Below, piece by piece: positions 49,977 to 60,397 of a stretch of 64,000 bases of DNA (positions are counted from its first letter, which is position 1; each line of letters starts with the position of its first letter). Origin of the DNA: Fidelibacterota bacterium (GTDB lineage Bacteria; Fidelibacterota; UBA2242); assembly GCA_049975265.1 (NCBI GenBank), contig JBNGDF010000003.1, positions 103,665 through 167,664 of the forward strand. The letters run 5' to 3'. The notes under the pieces were generated by a model. That model made no database searches and was not told the origin of the DNA. It worked only from the letters and a program-made list of their open reading frames with translations. The position numbers and the translations under genes are program-made.

Positions 49977-51457
49977 TTGAACACTCTGTAAATGGGGAAA
50001 CGATTTTTTTTATCGATACTCTCTCGAAAAAATGTGTCGGAGAACAGGCTGTACATCATCGAAGGTTCAAGGAGGAGTACCACTTTCCAGGGAAATTTCT
50101 GTTCAACGGGGATTAACAATGATCCCTTTTCCACGGTTATAGATTCAGGCTTCTGAACTTCGCTAATGACCCGGTTTTCATAACGATTATAGACGTCGTC
50201 AAATTCCGTTTCAAACCGAATATATTTAACTGCTTCAAGCTCAATCTGTCTGCCTTTTTTAAGTGTTTTATATTCAATCGCATGTCGATCCAGAAGGGGG
50301 GTAAACACATCAATATATTCACGGGGGATTAGGTATTTTTCCGGCCGGCGAACGCTGTTTTTGACAATTCGCCGATGCATGAAATTTGCCGTTTTCACTC
50401 TGATTGTCTGATCTGTTTCTTTATCAATGACGTTAACATCGTGAACTGAACCGGGCTGTGATCCCCAGAAATAGTTCGTCGGAATAAAATCTTGCAGGGT
50501 TGCTTTCCGGGCATTTTCGACGATTTGGATGTCATGTTCATATCTTTCGGAAGCGTGAATAAACTGGTCGAAAATTGTTAGATAAGCCTCGATTCTCTCC
50601 GTCAGGTTGGCATCCGGATTGGCAGCATTTCGAAAAATCCCGGATTCGATGATAAAAGACAGAACACTATAGGCACCGATGCCGTTGCGTCCGTCGTCCG
50701 GCTCCAGAGTGCTGAAACGGAGTTCATCATCCGGTGGAAGACCACCGACATAATAGCGGGTGTAATTGATATTTTTCTCATGCATTACCGGTTTGATTCG
50801 ATCAATCCATTCAACACCGGTCTCGTAAAGACATTGTGAGTAAAGCGGATTATTGGCGCAATCCATCATGATCAACGGCCATTTCTGCCAGCCGTGGTCA
50901 GCGTAATCTTTATTATCCCGCGTGAATTCATGACAATCGATGGCAACGTGAGGCATGATCTTCCGAGCCGTTTCGTGAAGAGTCTGGATTTCCGGTTGTG
51001 AAAGCAGGCGATGATCGCGGTTAAGGTCCATATCGTTGGCATTCCGCCGCTGATTGTGTTCTGCTCCATCGGGATTCACCATTGGCATGATCCACAAATC
51101 AACATAGTCGGGCAGATAGGCAGGATCTTCTTTTATTTTTTTAATCAGATAAATTAGGGCATCTTTGCCGGCTGGTTCGTTGCCATGTTGCTGGGCATAG
51201 AAAAACAGTTTCAATTTTTTCAGTTGATTATTGTGAAACAGATGAACCAGATGAAGAGATCGTCCCTCAACCGATTTTCCGGCTTCAGTCAATTCAATAA
51301 AACCGGGTTTCTCAATTGCGGTTAAGTAATTTGTTAATGTCTGATAATTAATTGGTTTCTTGATATTTTGATAATTGGAAGGAATCTGACCATTGAGCGG
51401 ACAAAGAGTAAGCCGCAGGATCAGCAAAGAGATTATCAGATGGTGTTTATTGATCAT
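49973..51457 (-). CDS. M14-family zinc carboxypeptidase, exported
   Basis: GKSVEGR, QQHGNEPAG, PMVNPDG, RRNANDMDLNRD, DCHE; signal peptide. Confidence 0.88.
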   Translation of the reverse strand: MINKHHLIISLLILRLTLCPLNGQIPSNYQNIKKPINYQTLTNYLTAIEKPGFIELTEAGKSVEGRSLHLVHLFHNNQLKKLKLFFYAQQHGNEPAGKDALIYLIKKIKEDPAYLPDYVDLWIMPMVNPDGAEHNQRRNANDMDLNRDHRLLSQPEIQTLHETARKIMPHVAIDCHEFTRDNKDYADHGWQKWPLIMMDCANNPLYSQCLYETGVEWIDRIKPVMHEKNINYTRYYVGGLPPDDELRFSTLEPDDGRNGIGAYSVLSFIIESGIFRNAANPDANLTERIEAYLTIFDQFIHASERYEHDIQIVENARKATLQDFIPTNYFWGSQPGSVHDVNVIDKETDQTIRVKTANFMHRRIVKNSVRRPEKYLIPREYIDVFTPLLDRHAIEYKTLKKGRQIELEAVKYIRFETEFDDVYNRYENRVISEVQKPESITVEKGSLLIPVEQKFPWKVVLLLEPSMMYSLFSDTFFRESIDKKNRFPIYRVFK

Positions 51458-51484
51458 AATAAAATATATGTAAAAAATGTTAAA

Positions 51485-52903
51485 TCAACTACCTGGTATG
51501 GTTTCATCATCGTTGATTTTCGGCGCCATGGTAATTGTGGTTATTCCGAATACCATCAGGATTACCACTGATATATAATTCATAAATGCATAAGGCAGAT
51601 ACGCAAATGTGGATACCCCAATGGTTCCGGTAATGTAGACTCCGGCCATGCTCCAGGGGATCAGGGGGACGATTATTGCCCCGGATTCTTGGATAATGCG
51701 GGATAAATTTTTTGCCGCCAGGTTTTTCTTTTTATAAATCGGTGCCAGCAATTCGCCGGGAATGATCATTGACAAATAAGAGCTTCCGGTAACAAGTGCC
51801 GTGGCCAGTGATGTGATGATGGTAGTGGCAACCAAACTCCAGACTTTATCGGCAAATTTCATGACCCGGTCCAGAAGAGCATTCAATAAACCGGTTTTTT
51901 GCATAATACCACCAAAAGCGAAGGCAGTGAAAGCCACCAGTTGAGTTTCCATCATGCTCATCATGCCGCCTCTTGAAAGCAGGTTATCAACTAACGGTAC
52001 GCCGGTGTGCGCGGGATATCCGCTGTTCAGTGCTTTGCTGATCACAGCAATTGATTCATGCTGGAAAATGATGCTTAAAAATACAGCGATGAATGACGAT
52101 AACAACATCCCGGGAATAACCGGTTTTTTCGTAAATGCGCAATAAAAGACAATAATAATTGGCAGTAATAACAGAATATTAAATTGAAAACCGTTTCTTA
52201 AGGTTGTCATAATTAAGGTGATATTGGCTGATTCAACAGTATCGGGTTGGTATTTCAGTCCGATAAAGAAGTAAAAAACTAAGCCAATCAACCATGCCGG
52301 TCCCGCCGACCAGATCATGTGTTTGATATGGTCAAAAAGATTTGATCCGGCAGCGACCGGGGCCAAATTTGTTACATCTGAAAAAGGGGACATTTTATCA
52401 CCGAAATATGCACCTGCAACAATTGCACCTGCAGCTGCTCCAAGTGGGATTCCTTGAGCCATTGCAATCCCAATAAATGCCACTCCAAGTGTCCCGATCG
52501 TACCCCAGGAAGTACCAGTAGCAATTGATGAAACAGAACAAACAATGCAGGCCGTCACCAGGAAAAACTTGGGTGAAATCAGTTTCAGTCCGTAATAGAT
52601 AATGAGCTGTATTGTACCAGAACATAACCATGAACCAATCAGAATACCGACACAGATCATAATCAGCAATGCGGGAAGTGCTTTATGAATACTTTCAACA
52701 ATACCATCCTGCATTTCCTGCCAGGATAATCCCAGATAAAGAGCAACGCATCCTGAAATTACCGCCGCGCATACCAACAGAACCTGAGGTTTGATCTTAT
52801 AGATACCATAACCAACAATTAGCAGCAGTGCCATAGCCAGAATTGGGATTAGCGCGACAATAATTGTTGGTTCGGATTTTCGTTTTCTTTTTCGCTTTGT
52901 CAT
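51485..52903 (-). CDS. NhaC-family antiporter (family includes amino-acid antiporters)
   Basis: GTSWGTIGTLG, GAYFGDKMSPFSD, SRGGMMSM, LIPW; start moved to ATG 52903. Confidence 0.9.
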   Translation of the reverse strand: MTKRKRKRKSEPTIIVALIPILAMALLLIVGYGIYKIKPQVLLVCAAVISGCVALYLGLSWQEMQDGIVESIHKALPALLIMICVGILIGSWLCSGTIQLIIYYGLKLISPKFFLVTACIVCSVSSIATGTSWGTIGTLGVAFIGIAMAQGIPLGAAAGAIVAGAYFGDKMSPFSDVTNLAPVAAGSNLFDHIKHMIWSAGPAWLIGLVFYFFIGLKYQPDTVESANITLIMTTLRNGFQFNILLLLPIIIVFYCAFTKKPVIPGMLLSSFIAVFLSIIFQHESIAVISKALNSGYPAHTGVPLVDNLLSRGGMMSMMETQLVAFTAFAFGGIMQKTGLLNALLDRVMKFADKVWSLVATTIITSLATALVTGSSYLSMIIPGELLAPIYKKKNLAAKNLSRIIQESGAIIVPLIPWSMAGVYITGTIGVSTFAYLPYAFMNYISVVILMVFGITTITMAPKINDDETIPGS

Positions 52904-52920
52904 TGCTTGTTCCCGTGAAT

Positions 52921-52964
52921 ACAAAGAACAGACCTCCCGATAAGGGATACCGGAAGGCCTGTCC
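52921..52964 (-). terminator. Internal terminator or stabilising hairpin in the locus
   Basis: Minus strand ACAGGCCTTCCGGTA-TCCCT-TATCGGGAGGTCTGT (15-bp stem with G-U pairs) followed by TCTTTGT. Confidence 0.65.
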
Positions 52965-52980
52965 AATACTTCATTGATTA

Positions 52981-54024
52981 CTAAAGTTGAATCAGATTTT
53001 CAATCATAACGATGCCTTCGGTTTCTGTAGCGATCCAGATAACATCATCATAAATTTCCAGCTCAATCAGGACGTCTTCCGGTAAAGCTCCACCAGTTGA
53101 TTCAGTGGTGAATTGCTCAAATGTCATATCCGGCAGAATTTTCAAAAGTCCGCCACCTGACAAGGCACACCAGATATTACCGTATTTATCGGCTTCCAGA
53201 TCGTTCATGGGATATTTTAAAGGCTCAATATCCGTTGAATCATAAGTTGCTGCAACAGTCGATCCTGTAATTTTATACAGGTTATTGTTACCAGCATCAG
53301 TAACCCAGGCGTTATCATCAGGATCGAGGGTCAGTGCAAAGGTGTACTCTCCCGACAGCGCTGATACTTCAGTCCAAGTTGTTCCAGTTCGATAGACGAC
53401 ACCGTAAAAGGTACAGATCCACATTCTGCCTTGTGAATCTTCCTTCAAATCATATATTTCCGGACGACCGGTTGACAAATTGATATCGTCCGCTGTCCAG
53501 AGGGTCCAGTTTGCACCATGATCGGTCGAAACATAAATCCCCTTCACCGTTCTGTCACTGATGTAAATATTCCCGTCGGAATCGGTCTGGACACTACGAG
53601 TATAATCGTTAAAGCAGGTATCGACCTCGCCGGAGGTACCGTCGGCTTTCAGATATCCAACGCCATAATGGGTACAGAACCACTTGGTGTTCTGATTGTC
53701 TACAGCCATATAGAAAACACGATCTTCCATATTGCCGAGACCGATATCATCGGCGTTGTAGACAGTCCAGCTCGCCAGATCATTGGATAACTTGGAGACA
53801 TTTGCAACGCCGGTGGCCGCGTCTTTCTGACCACCAAACCAGATGTTTCCGTTGTTGTCAAAATCGATACAATATACGGCATTGTAAGGCAGATCGCTGT
53901 TTGTGTTGTTAAATACCGTATAAACAGGCTCTTTCACTTCATCTTTGTTATCATCGCCATCGCAGGACATGAACGGCAAAGACATCAGTGCAAGTGCCAC
54001 GAGCAAAATAGTGAGTTTTTTCAT
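52981..54024 (-). CDS. Beta-propeller lipoprotein
   Basis: Lipobox FMSC after AAGGAGG RBS; repeated D..GNIW / D..GRMW blade motifs. Confidence 0.8.
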   Translation of the reverse strand: MKKLTILLVALALMSLPFMSCDGDDNKDEVKEPVYTVFNNTNSDLPYNAVYCIDFDNNGNIWFGGQKDAATGVANVSKLSNDLASWTVYNADDIGLGNMEDRVFYMAVDNQNTKWFCTHYGVGYLKADGTSGEVDTCFNDYTRSVQTDSDGNIYISDRTVKGIYVSTDHGANWTLWTADDINLSTGRPEIYDLKEDSQGRMWICTFYGVVYRTGTTWTEVSALSGEYTFALTLDPDDNAWVTDAGNNNLYKITGSTVAATYDSTDIEPLKYPMNDLEADKYGNIWCALSGGGLLKILPDMTFEQFTTESTGGALPEDVLIELEIYDDVIWIATETEGIVMIENLIQL

Positions 54025-54065
54025 AATAACCCTCCTTAATTGGTTAATTTTCCATCTCACGTTAT

Positions 54066-55052
54066 TTACATTCGAAAGTTTATTCCAAACTGATGAACAT
54101 TATTCAGATACTGTTTTCCCGTGAAAGCGTAGGAAATTGAGCTGTTTATTCCCGAAATCCGGATATTCAGACCACCACCCAGGGAGAAATTCGTTACATC
54201 ACTGTTGAGTGTGTAGGCTACTCGTATAAAGGCAATATCGGAGAAATTGTATTCACCACCAATGACCAGTCTTTCGGTGTTATCGGATGGAACAATAACA
54301 TCGATGACGGTAGTCAGGTTGGGCAATGGATCCAAAGCAATTCCTAACTGAAGTACCTCCGGTAACCGAAAGCCCGGTGTCAATCGTTCTATTCTTGGAT
54401 TATCTTTCTGATTCCGGGCCAATTCTTCATTAATTCGATCTGTTACATCGTCACCTTTCAGAGAATCAATTTTTACCCCGATGTTGCGGATGGCCATTCC
54501 CAGCCGAAGATTCAGAAAATCCGTGCGATAAATAGAGCCAATATCAAATGCAATCTGTCCCGCTGACTCGTTCCAGATATATTCGTAAGCATATTTTGCT
54601 GTCAGCCCGAAAGAGAACCGGTCAGTCATTCGCCTGGCATAACTGATTCCGCCAGCCATGTTCCCCGAACTGTAATATTCATCAGTTCCATCCGGTTCAT
54701 AGACTGTAGTGATTTCCATATCATCCATATAGAATGATGTAAAAGATAAGCCGATAGCGTTATTCGAACCGATTTGCATTGCCATGCCAACGTATGATAA
54801 TTTTGTGTCGAAAAACCAATTAGTCTGTGACAAATTTATATCGAATTTACCGTTGTTGATTGTTCCGGCAGGATTCCAGTAAAGAGCTGCTGCACCATTG
54901 GCAATTGAAACAGCTGCACCACCCATTGCCGCTCCCCGCGGTTCGACTGGTATTTGCAGAAAGTTCATTCCTGATTGTCCTAGATTTCCCTGAGCAGTCA
55001 GAACATTGATCAGGCTTAGAATCAATATTAATAGTATTTTAAATATTTTCAT
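54066..55052 (-). CDS. PorV/PorQ-family outer-membrane beta-barrel
   Basis: FLQIPVEPRGAAMGG, ALYWNPAG, FSFGLTAK, FDIG; C-terminal beta-strand. Confidence 0.85.
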   Translation of the reverse strand: MKIFKILLILILSLINVLTAQGNLGQSGMNFLQIPVEPRGAAMGGAAVSIANGAAALYWNPAGTINNGKFDINLSQTNWFFDTKLSYVGMAMQIGSNNAIGLSFTSFYMDDMEITTVYEPDGTDEYYSSGNMAGGISYARRMTDRFSFGLTAKYAYEYIWNESAGQIAFDIGSIYRTDFLNLRLGMAIRNIGVKIDSLKGDDVTDRINEELARNQKDNPRIERLTPGFRLPEVLQLGIALDPLPNLTTVIDVIVPSDNTERLVIGGEYNFSDIAFIRVAYTLNSDVTNFSLGGGLNIRISGINSSISYAFTGKQYLNNVHQFGINFRM

Positions 55053-55065
55053 GATTCAATCTCCT

Positions 55066-56970
55066 TTACCTGATTACCGCAAAACGGCCGATTTTATCAC
55101 CAATTTTTGACTCAACATGAAAGAAATACATACCCGAAACAATCGGGCGCCTTTCCGAAGTCAGCAGATTCCATTCTTCCCGGCCATAATCACCGGTATG
55201 GTCAATTGTCTGAACAAGGTCTCCATCGATAGTAAATATTCGGATAGTACAAGGGGAGGGAAGATTGGTAAATGCAATATTCCGGATTGGTTCGCCAAAA
55301 ACCGTATTCCCAAGCCGGGATTCATCCCAGGGTGCTGAGACCACGTATGGATTTGGGACGACTCGGATTTTATCCAAATCTGCTTTCGCCTCAGCCGGAA
55401 GTGTCTGGGGCTTGGCCTGTTGGGTACTGGGTTGGTTCAGGATATTGTTGATATCGGCCAATTTCAGCGATTCTATCAGATTTCCATCGACGACTTTATA
55501 GGTTGTCAAATTGTAGTAATAGTTGAATCCGTTATATACATTCTGATCAGTAAATTCATACTTATCTTCAATGACGGTGGGATCGTTTTTATAGATCATC
55601 GGAATGGTATCCAGCACATCCCAGCTGCGGAGAGTAGGATCGGTTGTGCGGTACAGAATATACCCTTCGAGGTCATTTGCTGGCGGATTCAGTGATTCAT
55701 TCAGATAGGTAACATCAATTTCATTACTCCATGAAAGTTGAACCTGCTGATCAGCGACATTGACTACCAGTTCAGGCACCGGTGGTGGAATGAGGCTGTT
55801 GAAGCCGTCAGCATAGTGTGCAAGCAGATTGTCAGTTACCTCGAGAAGATCAGTCTCATTATCACCAACAGTACAACCTACCCAGATTTCAGCCTTTTCA
55901 CCGGGTTGAATAGAGAATGGACCGTTGCAGATATAGGCGACCATAGCACCACCGATCAGATTGCCGCTTGCGTCCCTAATCCGGGTTGTAGCCGGGTCAT
56001 CGAAATGCGTCCCATTGATTGGATTATCACCCAGGTGAAAGTAATCATCAACATTCAGAAGCGGGTGTCGATGAAAAAAGGAGGTATCGCTCTTCATGAG
56101 ATACCAACTGACCGAATCCCAGAATGCACTGTTAACGGCCACTTCATCAATTGTGACATCAATCCAGTGCCAGTCAGTGATTCCCAGATTATTCGGAGTT
56201 TTCAGGAAAGTTATTCCTGATAGAAAAGGATCGTCTTCATCCCATTCATTAGAGTAATTGTCCGAATCATAGAAATAGACCGTTTCTCGGGATTTATCAA
56301 AATTGATACAGTCGTCCGCCCATTCGTTGTATTCATTTCCAATACCACCAATATCCAGGTCGGAGTAGAAGTTGAAATACATGCTGTCAAGAGCGAAGCT
56401 GTTCTGATTCTCAATTTCGAATTTCAGGATGATGAATTTATCTGCGGTTGGTAATCCCCAGGAATAAATCGTCTGATAGACCCGGATATTCATCAGTTTA
56501 TCTTGTTCTCCATTGTTGGCATAGCGCCAGTTTGTTGAATCGCTATACGCGCAGTAGCTGTCCTGTTGAGACATAAAAATTGGATTTCCGTCATTATCTT
56601 TTATAGGCCACCCCGATTCCGGCCAGGTTTCCGGATTATCACTCATGGCAATTTCACCATTGCCGGCATCAAATCCGCCGATAGCATCAAATTCCTCGTA
56701 ACGGCCATCGGCCGCACTGATCACATTTACCGGTTGACCGATCATCAGACATTGGCGGTACATACAGATGTGACCGGAATTGATTGGATATTCCAGTGTT
56801 TTCTCAAATTGCCCACCATAGGGATAAAACTGACCAATGTTTGTTGTAAAATAACCTACTTTACCGACATTATGAGTCCCGAATACCCGATCCTCCAGGC
56901 CGGCGAAAACCGGATGAATTAAAACAAAGGTGAGTAAAATAAGAACAAATATATTAAGTGATTTCTTCAT
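55066..56970 (-). CDS. Surface protein with T9SS-type C-terminal domain (putative substrate-binding partner of the TonB receptor)
   Basis: Signal peptide; C-terminal IRVVPNPY..IAFTNLP..CTIRIFTIDGDLV..WNL...SGMYFFHV..GRFAVIR. Confidence 0.8.
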   Translation of the reverse strand: MKKSLNIFVLILLTFVLIHPVFAGLEDRVFGTHNVGKVGYFTTNIGQFYPYGGQFEKTLEYPINSGHICMYRQCLMIGQPVNVISAADGRYEEFDAIGGFDAGNGEIAMSDNPETWPESGWPIKDNDGNPIFMSQQDSYCAYSDSTNWRYANNGEQDKLMNIRVYQTIYSWGLPTADKFIILKFEIENQNSFALDSMYFNFYSDLDIGGIGNEYNEWADDCINFDKSRETVYFYDSDNYSNEWDEDDPFLSGITFLKTPNNLGITDWHWIDVTIDEVAVNSAFWDSVSWYLMKSDTSFFHRHPLLNVDDYFHLGDNPINGTHFDDPATTRIRDASGNLIGGAMVAYICNGPFSIQPGEKAEIWVGCTVGDNETDLLEVTDNLLAHYADGFNSLIPPPVPELVVNVADQQVQLSWSNEIDVTYLNESLNPPANDLEGYILYRTTDPTLRSWDVLDTIPMIYKNDPTVIEDKYEFTDQNVYNGFNYYYNLTTYKVVDGNLIESLKLADINNILNQPSTQQAKPQTLPAEAKADLDKIRVVPNPYVVSAPWDESRLGNTVFGEPIRNIAFTNLPSPCTIRIFTIDGDLVQTIDHTGDYGREEWNLLTSERRPIVSGMYFFHVESKIGDKIGRFAVIR

Positions 56971-56988
56971 GAGATAATATCCTTGTTT

Positions 56989-59520
56989 TTAGAATTTGAA
57001 ATTTAGACCGAGGTATATAATGCGCGGCATACCCCAATTCAGCGGATTTGCGGCATATTCTTTTGTCCGACCGATCATTTCATCGGGTTTACCTGTATAG
57101 GGATCAACACGAACAACATTTCTCCGATCGGTCAGGTTTTTAATCTCCAAATAAGGTGTGATGCTCATAGTGTTGAATAATTTTAATTGATAGTCCATTT
57201 TCAGATCCAAAGTCCAGTTTTCAGGCAGTCGTTTGTTATTGATTTCATAGGGCTCGGTGACACCGCGAATACCTTTTGTATAGGGCAGACCGCTGCCGTA
57301 CTGGAATAGTAGGGTTGTTCTGAAATTGAAAAATCTGAATATCCCAGTTGCATTGACGGTGTGCCGTTGATCAAAGTTCAAGGGGAAAAATTTAAGTGTC
57401 TGGCGGTTGGCTTCTTCAACGCCAACCCGTTCAAGAGGTCCGGAGCTACTACCTTCGGCAACAGCATATGTATAGGCGATTTCACCGGTCAAATGAGTAC
57501 CATATATTTTCCGAAATTGAAATTCAATGCCATTATTGTATGCAAAATCCTCATTGATATGAAGCGTAAAGGTTTCCCACCAGTCCGGATTATCACCGGC
57601 AAAGAAGGTCCGTGTTCCCAGCAGATTGGTAATCTTTTTACTATATACGGAAATTTTTAAAAGATAATTATCGAACAACTGCTGGTTCAAGCCGAATTCA
57701 TATGTGATGGTTTTTTCCGGTTTCAAATCACCGTTGCCGTAGCGACCATTTCCATCTTTTAAGGAGATCAGGATGTTATCCTTATAGTCGATTTTGCCAT
57801 CGGATTTTGCATCATAGCTGAGGGGGGGATTATCGTCAGACTGAGACTTGTAAAGAATCTCATAGTCGGGACGCTGAAAGTAGTGTCCGTAACCGAAGTG
57901 AAATACTGTTTTGTCACTGACTGGATAGGATGCTGCCAGCCGGGGACTGAGTTGGGTGTGAACTTTTGATTTTTTATAACTCATGGTGTTCCCGTTTACT
58001 GCATCGAACGGATTTTCCCAGTAGTGCGTATTGGCTGCTGCTAAGTCAAAGCGTAGACCGGCACTGATGATGATACTTGAGAAATTCAGTTTGTCTTGAA
58101 TATAGGCAGCAGCTTCATATGGATTTCTGGTGTAGTAATCCATTTGGTGATTGGCATAATAGGGCGGATTGACATAAAACCGGTATATCTCGTGCTGTTT
58201 GAAATAGACGCCCGCTTTGATTTCATTGGATGAATTTGCCTGCCAGAGGACATCACTTTTAATCCCCAATGTTTTCTGCTCATGTTCTTCATAGTCATTG
58301 ACATAATTTAAAGTATAGAATTCTTTGTTTTCATCCCGGGCATATGCAGCACTCAGGTCACTATAATCATAGTCACCGGAATCGTAATGATATTGATTAA
58401 AATGTACATTTACGCTATAATAAAGATTTGAGCGGAGAGTATGTGTCATTGATAGATTGGAGATTTGAGAATTTCTACGTGGTTTCCACCACATCATGTC
58501 CGGAATATAACGCCAGCTATGGTAATAATTCTGATGAATATGGTCAGAAATGCTGGCAGACAGGCCGAGCTTGATGTTGTTGATATGGCGGTCGCTGATT
58601 TTGACAAAATAATTCTGATCTTTACGGAAACCGAAAGGATTACCCATGGCATCCAGCAGGTAACTATCCCGATCATCAAAGGTTGTTGTGAAGAGAAAGT
58701 TTGTTTTTTTCGAAAAGAGTGGTCCGTTTAATCCGAACCGGATGATATTCCGGTTATAATTTTTACTGTCTGTCTCAACCCCGACCTTCGATGATTTTAT
58801 ATCAACATTTCCGTTCAGGTGACTGCTGCCTTCGCGGGTGGTAATGTTGATAATGCCACTCAGGGCATTTCCATATTCAGCACTGTACGTGCCGCTGATT
58901 ACCTGCATTTCGGCAATGGCATTTAGGTTGATGATTTCCGAGGAGGATATATCTGCAAATTGAGGAACAATCACGGCAATCCCATCAACCATATAAGTGA
59001 TCTCTCCCGAACGACCACCCCGAAAATGAAGTCCGTTCCGGCTGACGACACCGGGTTGGGTTACCAATACATCACTTATTGTCGTCGTTGGCAGGGTTTC
59101 GATATCTTCGGAACTAACGCTGTGAGTTGTGGCGCCAATATCCTGTTCAATGATTCGTTTTTGAGCGACGACTACCACTTCATCCATATCAAGAACTGTT
59201 GCCTCCAGCGGGAACTGAACAGTTGCGATCCGACCTGCAAACACCTCGACATTCTCGATCTTCATTGGTTTGTATCCCATCATTTCACAACGGACGTTGT
59301 ATCTTCCCGGAGGAACTTGTAGAATCACATAATTTCCATTTTTATCGCTGGCGGCACCCAGTGAACTGTTTTCGATCAGAATATTTGCACCGACAAGAGG
59401 TGTTGTCTTTTTGCTATCAAAAACAGTCCCGGTAATTTTTCCGTAGTTTGCTGCCTGAAGGGAGAAAACCGAGAAAATCAGCATCATTAAACACCTATTT
59501 CTCATTGAAAAATTAAACAT
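56989..59520 (-). CDS. TonB-dependent outer-membrane receptor
   Basis: N-terminal carboxypeptidase-regulatory-like domain, plug HFRGGRSGEITYMVDG, SAEYGNALSGIINITT, LKPEKT, terminal Phe. Confidence 0.93.
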   Translation of the reverse strand: MFNFSMRNRCLMMLIFSVFSLQAANYGKITGTVFDSKKTTPLVGANILIENSSLGAASDKNGNYVILQVPPGRYNVRCEMMGYKPMKIENVEVFAGRIATVQFPLEATVLDMDEVVVVAQKRIIEQDIGATTHSVSSEDIETLPTTTISDVLVTQPGVVSRNGLHFRGGRSGEITYMVDGIAVIVPQFADISSSEIINLNAIAEMQVISGTYSAEYGNALSGIINITTREGSSHLNGNVDIKSSKVGVETDSKNYNRNIIRFGLNGPLFSKKTNFLFTTTFDDRDSYLLDAMGNPFGFRKDQNYFVKISDRHINNIKLGLSASISDHIHQNYYHSWRYIPDMMWWKPRRNSQISNLSMTHTLRSNLYYSVNVHFNQYHYDSGDYDYSDLSAAYARDENKEFYTLNYVNDYEEHEQKTLGIKSDVLWQANSSNEIKAGVYFKQHEIYRFYVNPPYYANHQMDYYTRNPYEAAAYIQDKLNFSSIIISAGLRFDLAAANTHYWENPFDAVNGNTMSYKKSKVHTQLSPRLAASYPVSDKTVFHFGYGHYFQRPDYEILYKSQSDDNPPLSYDAKSDGKIDYKDNILISLKDGNGRYGNGDLKPEKTITYEFGLNQQLFDNYLLKISVYSKKITNLLGTRTFFAGDNPDWWETFTLHINEDFAYNNGIEFQFRKIYGTHLTGEIAYTYAVAEGSSSGPLERVGVEEANRQTLKFFPLNFDQRHTVNATGIFRFFNFRTTLLFQYGSGLPYTKGIRGVTEPYEINNKRLPENWTLDLKMDYQLKLFNTMSITPYLEIKNLTDRRNVVRVDPYTGKPDEMIGRTKEYAANPLNWGMPRIIYLGLNFKF

Positions 59521-59545
59521 TCACACCTCCACACATTTTATTTCC

Positions 59546-60397
59546 TTATTCAGAAATGGTTATATCTTTGGATAAACGTTCCAGATTTGTGATCATCTTT
59601 TCGGCTTTTTCTCGATCCTGCATCGCACACTCAGTCGAGATGGCATTGATCAGCACTGATACAGCTGCGATTGAATTGGTGTACAGGAGATTTTCACTTT
59701 TCACCACCAGAGTTTTATCAGCATAAAAACTCGCTGGAGCCGCTGGTTTATTTGTTATCGCTATTACCTTGCTTCCTTTTTCATGGGCCACTTTCGCCAG
59801 CTCAATTGTTTCAGTCGAATAGGGTGGGAAACTGAAAACAATCATCAGATCTTCTTTATTGATTAATAAGGCTTGTTCGAGAAAAGTTGTAAAATTGTGA
59901 TTATAACAAATGGCATCGATACCGACCTGCATTAATTGATAAGCAAGAATTTGCGACAGGAGGTAAGAAATCCCCAACCCGGCTGTATACACCCGGTGTG
60001 CATGATTAATTAATTCGGTGGCTTCCTTGAAATCTGAAGCATCGATTATCTGTAAAGTTTCATTAATGTTCTTGATGTCCTGATTTGCAACTCTTACCAG
60101 CAGATTAACTAATTCCGAATCGTTAATCAGGGGAAATCTAGCATTATTTTTTAATTGAGATTGAAGACTGTTCGCAACGGTTTCGCGGATTTCACTGAAT
60201 CCTGAAAAACCGACACTTTGTGAAAAACGTACGACCGATGCAACGCTGGTGCCAGTGGCCGTGGCGATCTCGTGAACACTCATAAAGGGAATTTTGTCCG
60301 AATTCTCAATGAAGTAATCAGCGACTTTTTTTAAGTTTTTTGATAAATTAGAATAATATTCACGAATTTGAGCTCTGATTTCAGTTGAATTCATCAT
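59546..60397 (-). CDS. MurR/RpiR-family transcriptional regulator (HTH + SIS)
   Basis: LSKNLKKVADY..SVASVVRF..GFSGF; SIS GLGIS, FSFPPYS, IAIT; ATG overlaps the upstream stop. Confidence 0.93.
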   Translation of the reverse strand: MMNSTEIRAQIREYYSNLSKNLKKVADYFIENSDKIPFMSVHEIATATGTSVASVVRFSQSVGFSGFSEIRETVANSLQSQLKNNARFPLINDSELVNLLVRVANQDIKNINETLQIIDASDFKEATELINHAHRVYTAGLGISYLLSQILAYQLMQVGIDAICYNHNFTTFLEQALLINKEDLMIVFSFPPYSTETIELAKVAHEKGSKVIAITNKPAAPASFYADKTLVVKSENLLYTNSIAAVSVLINAISTECAMQDREKAEKMITNLERLSKDITISE

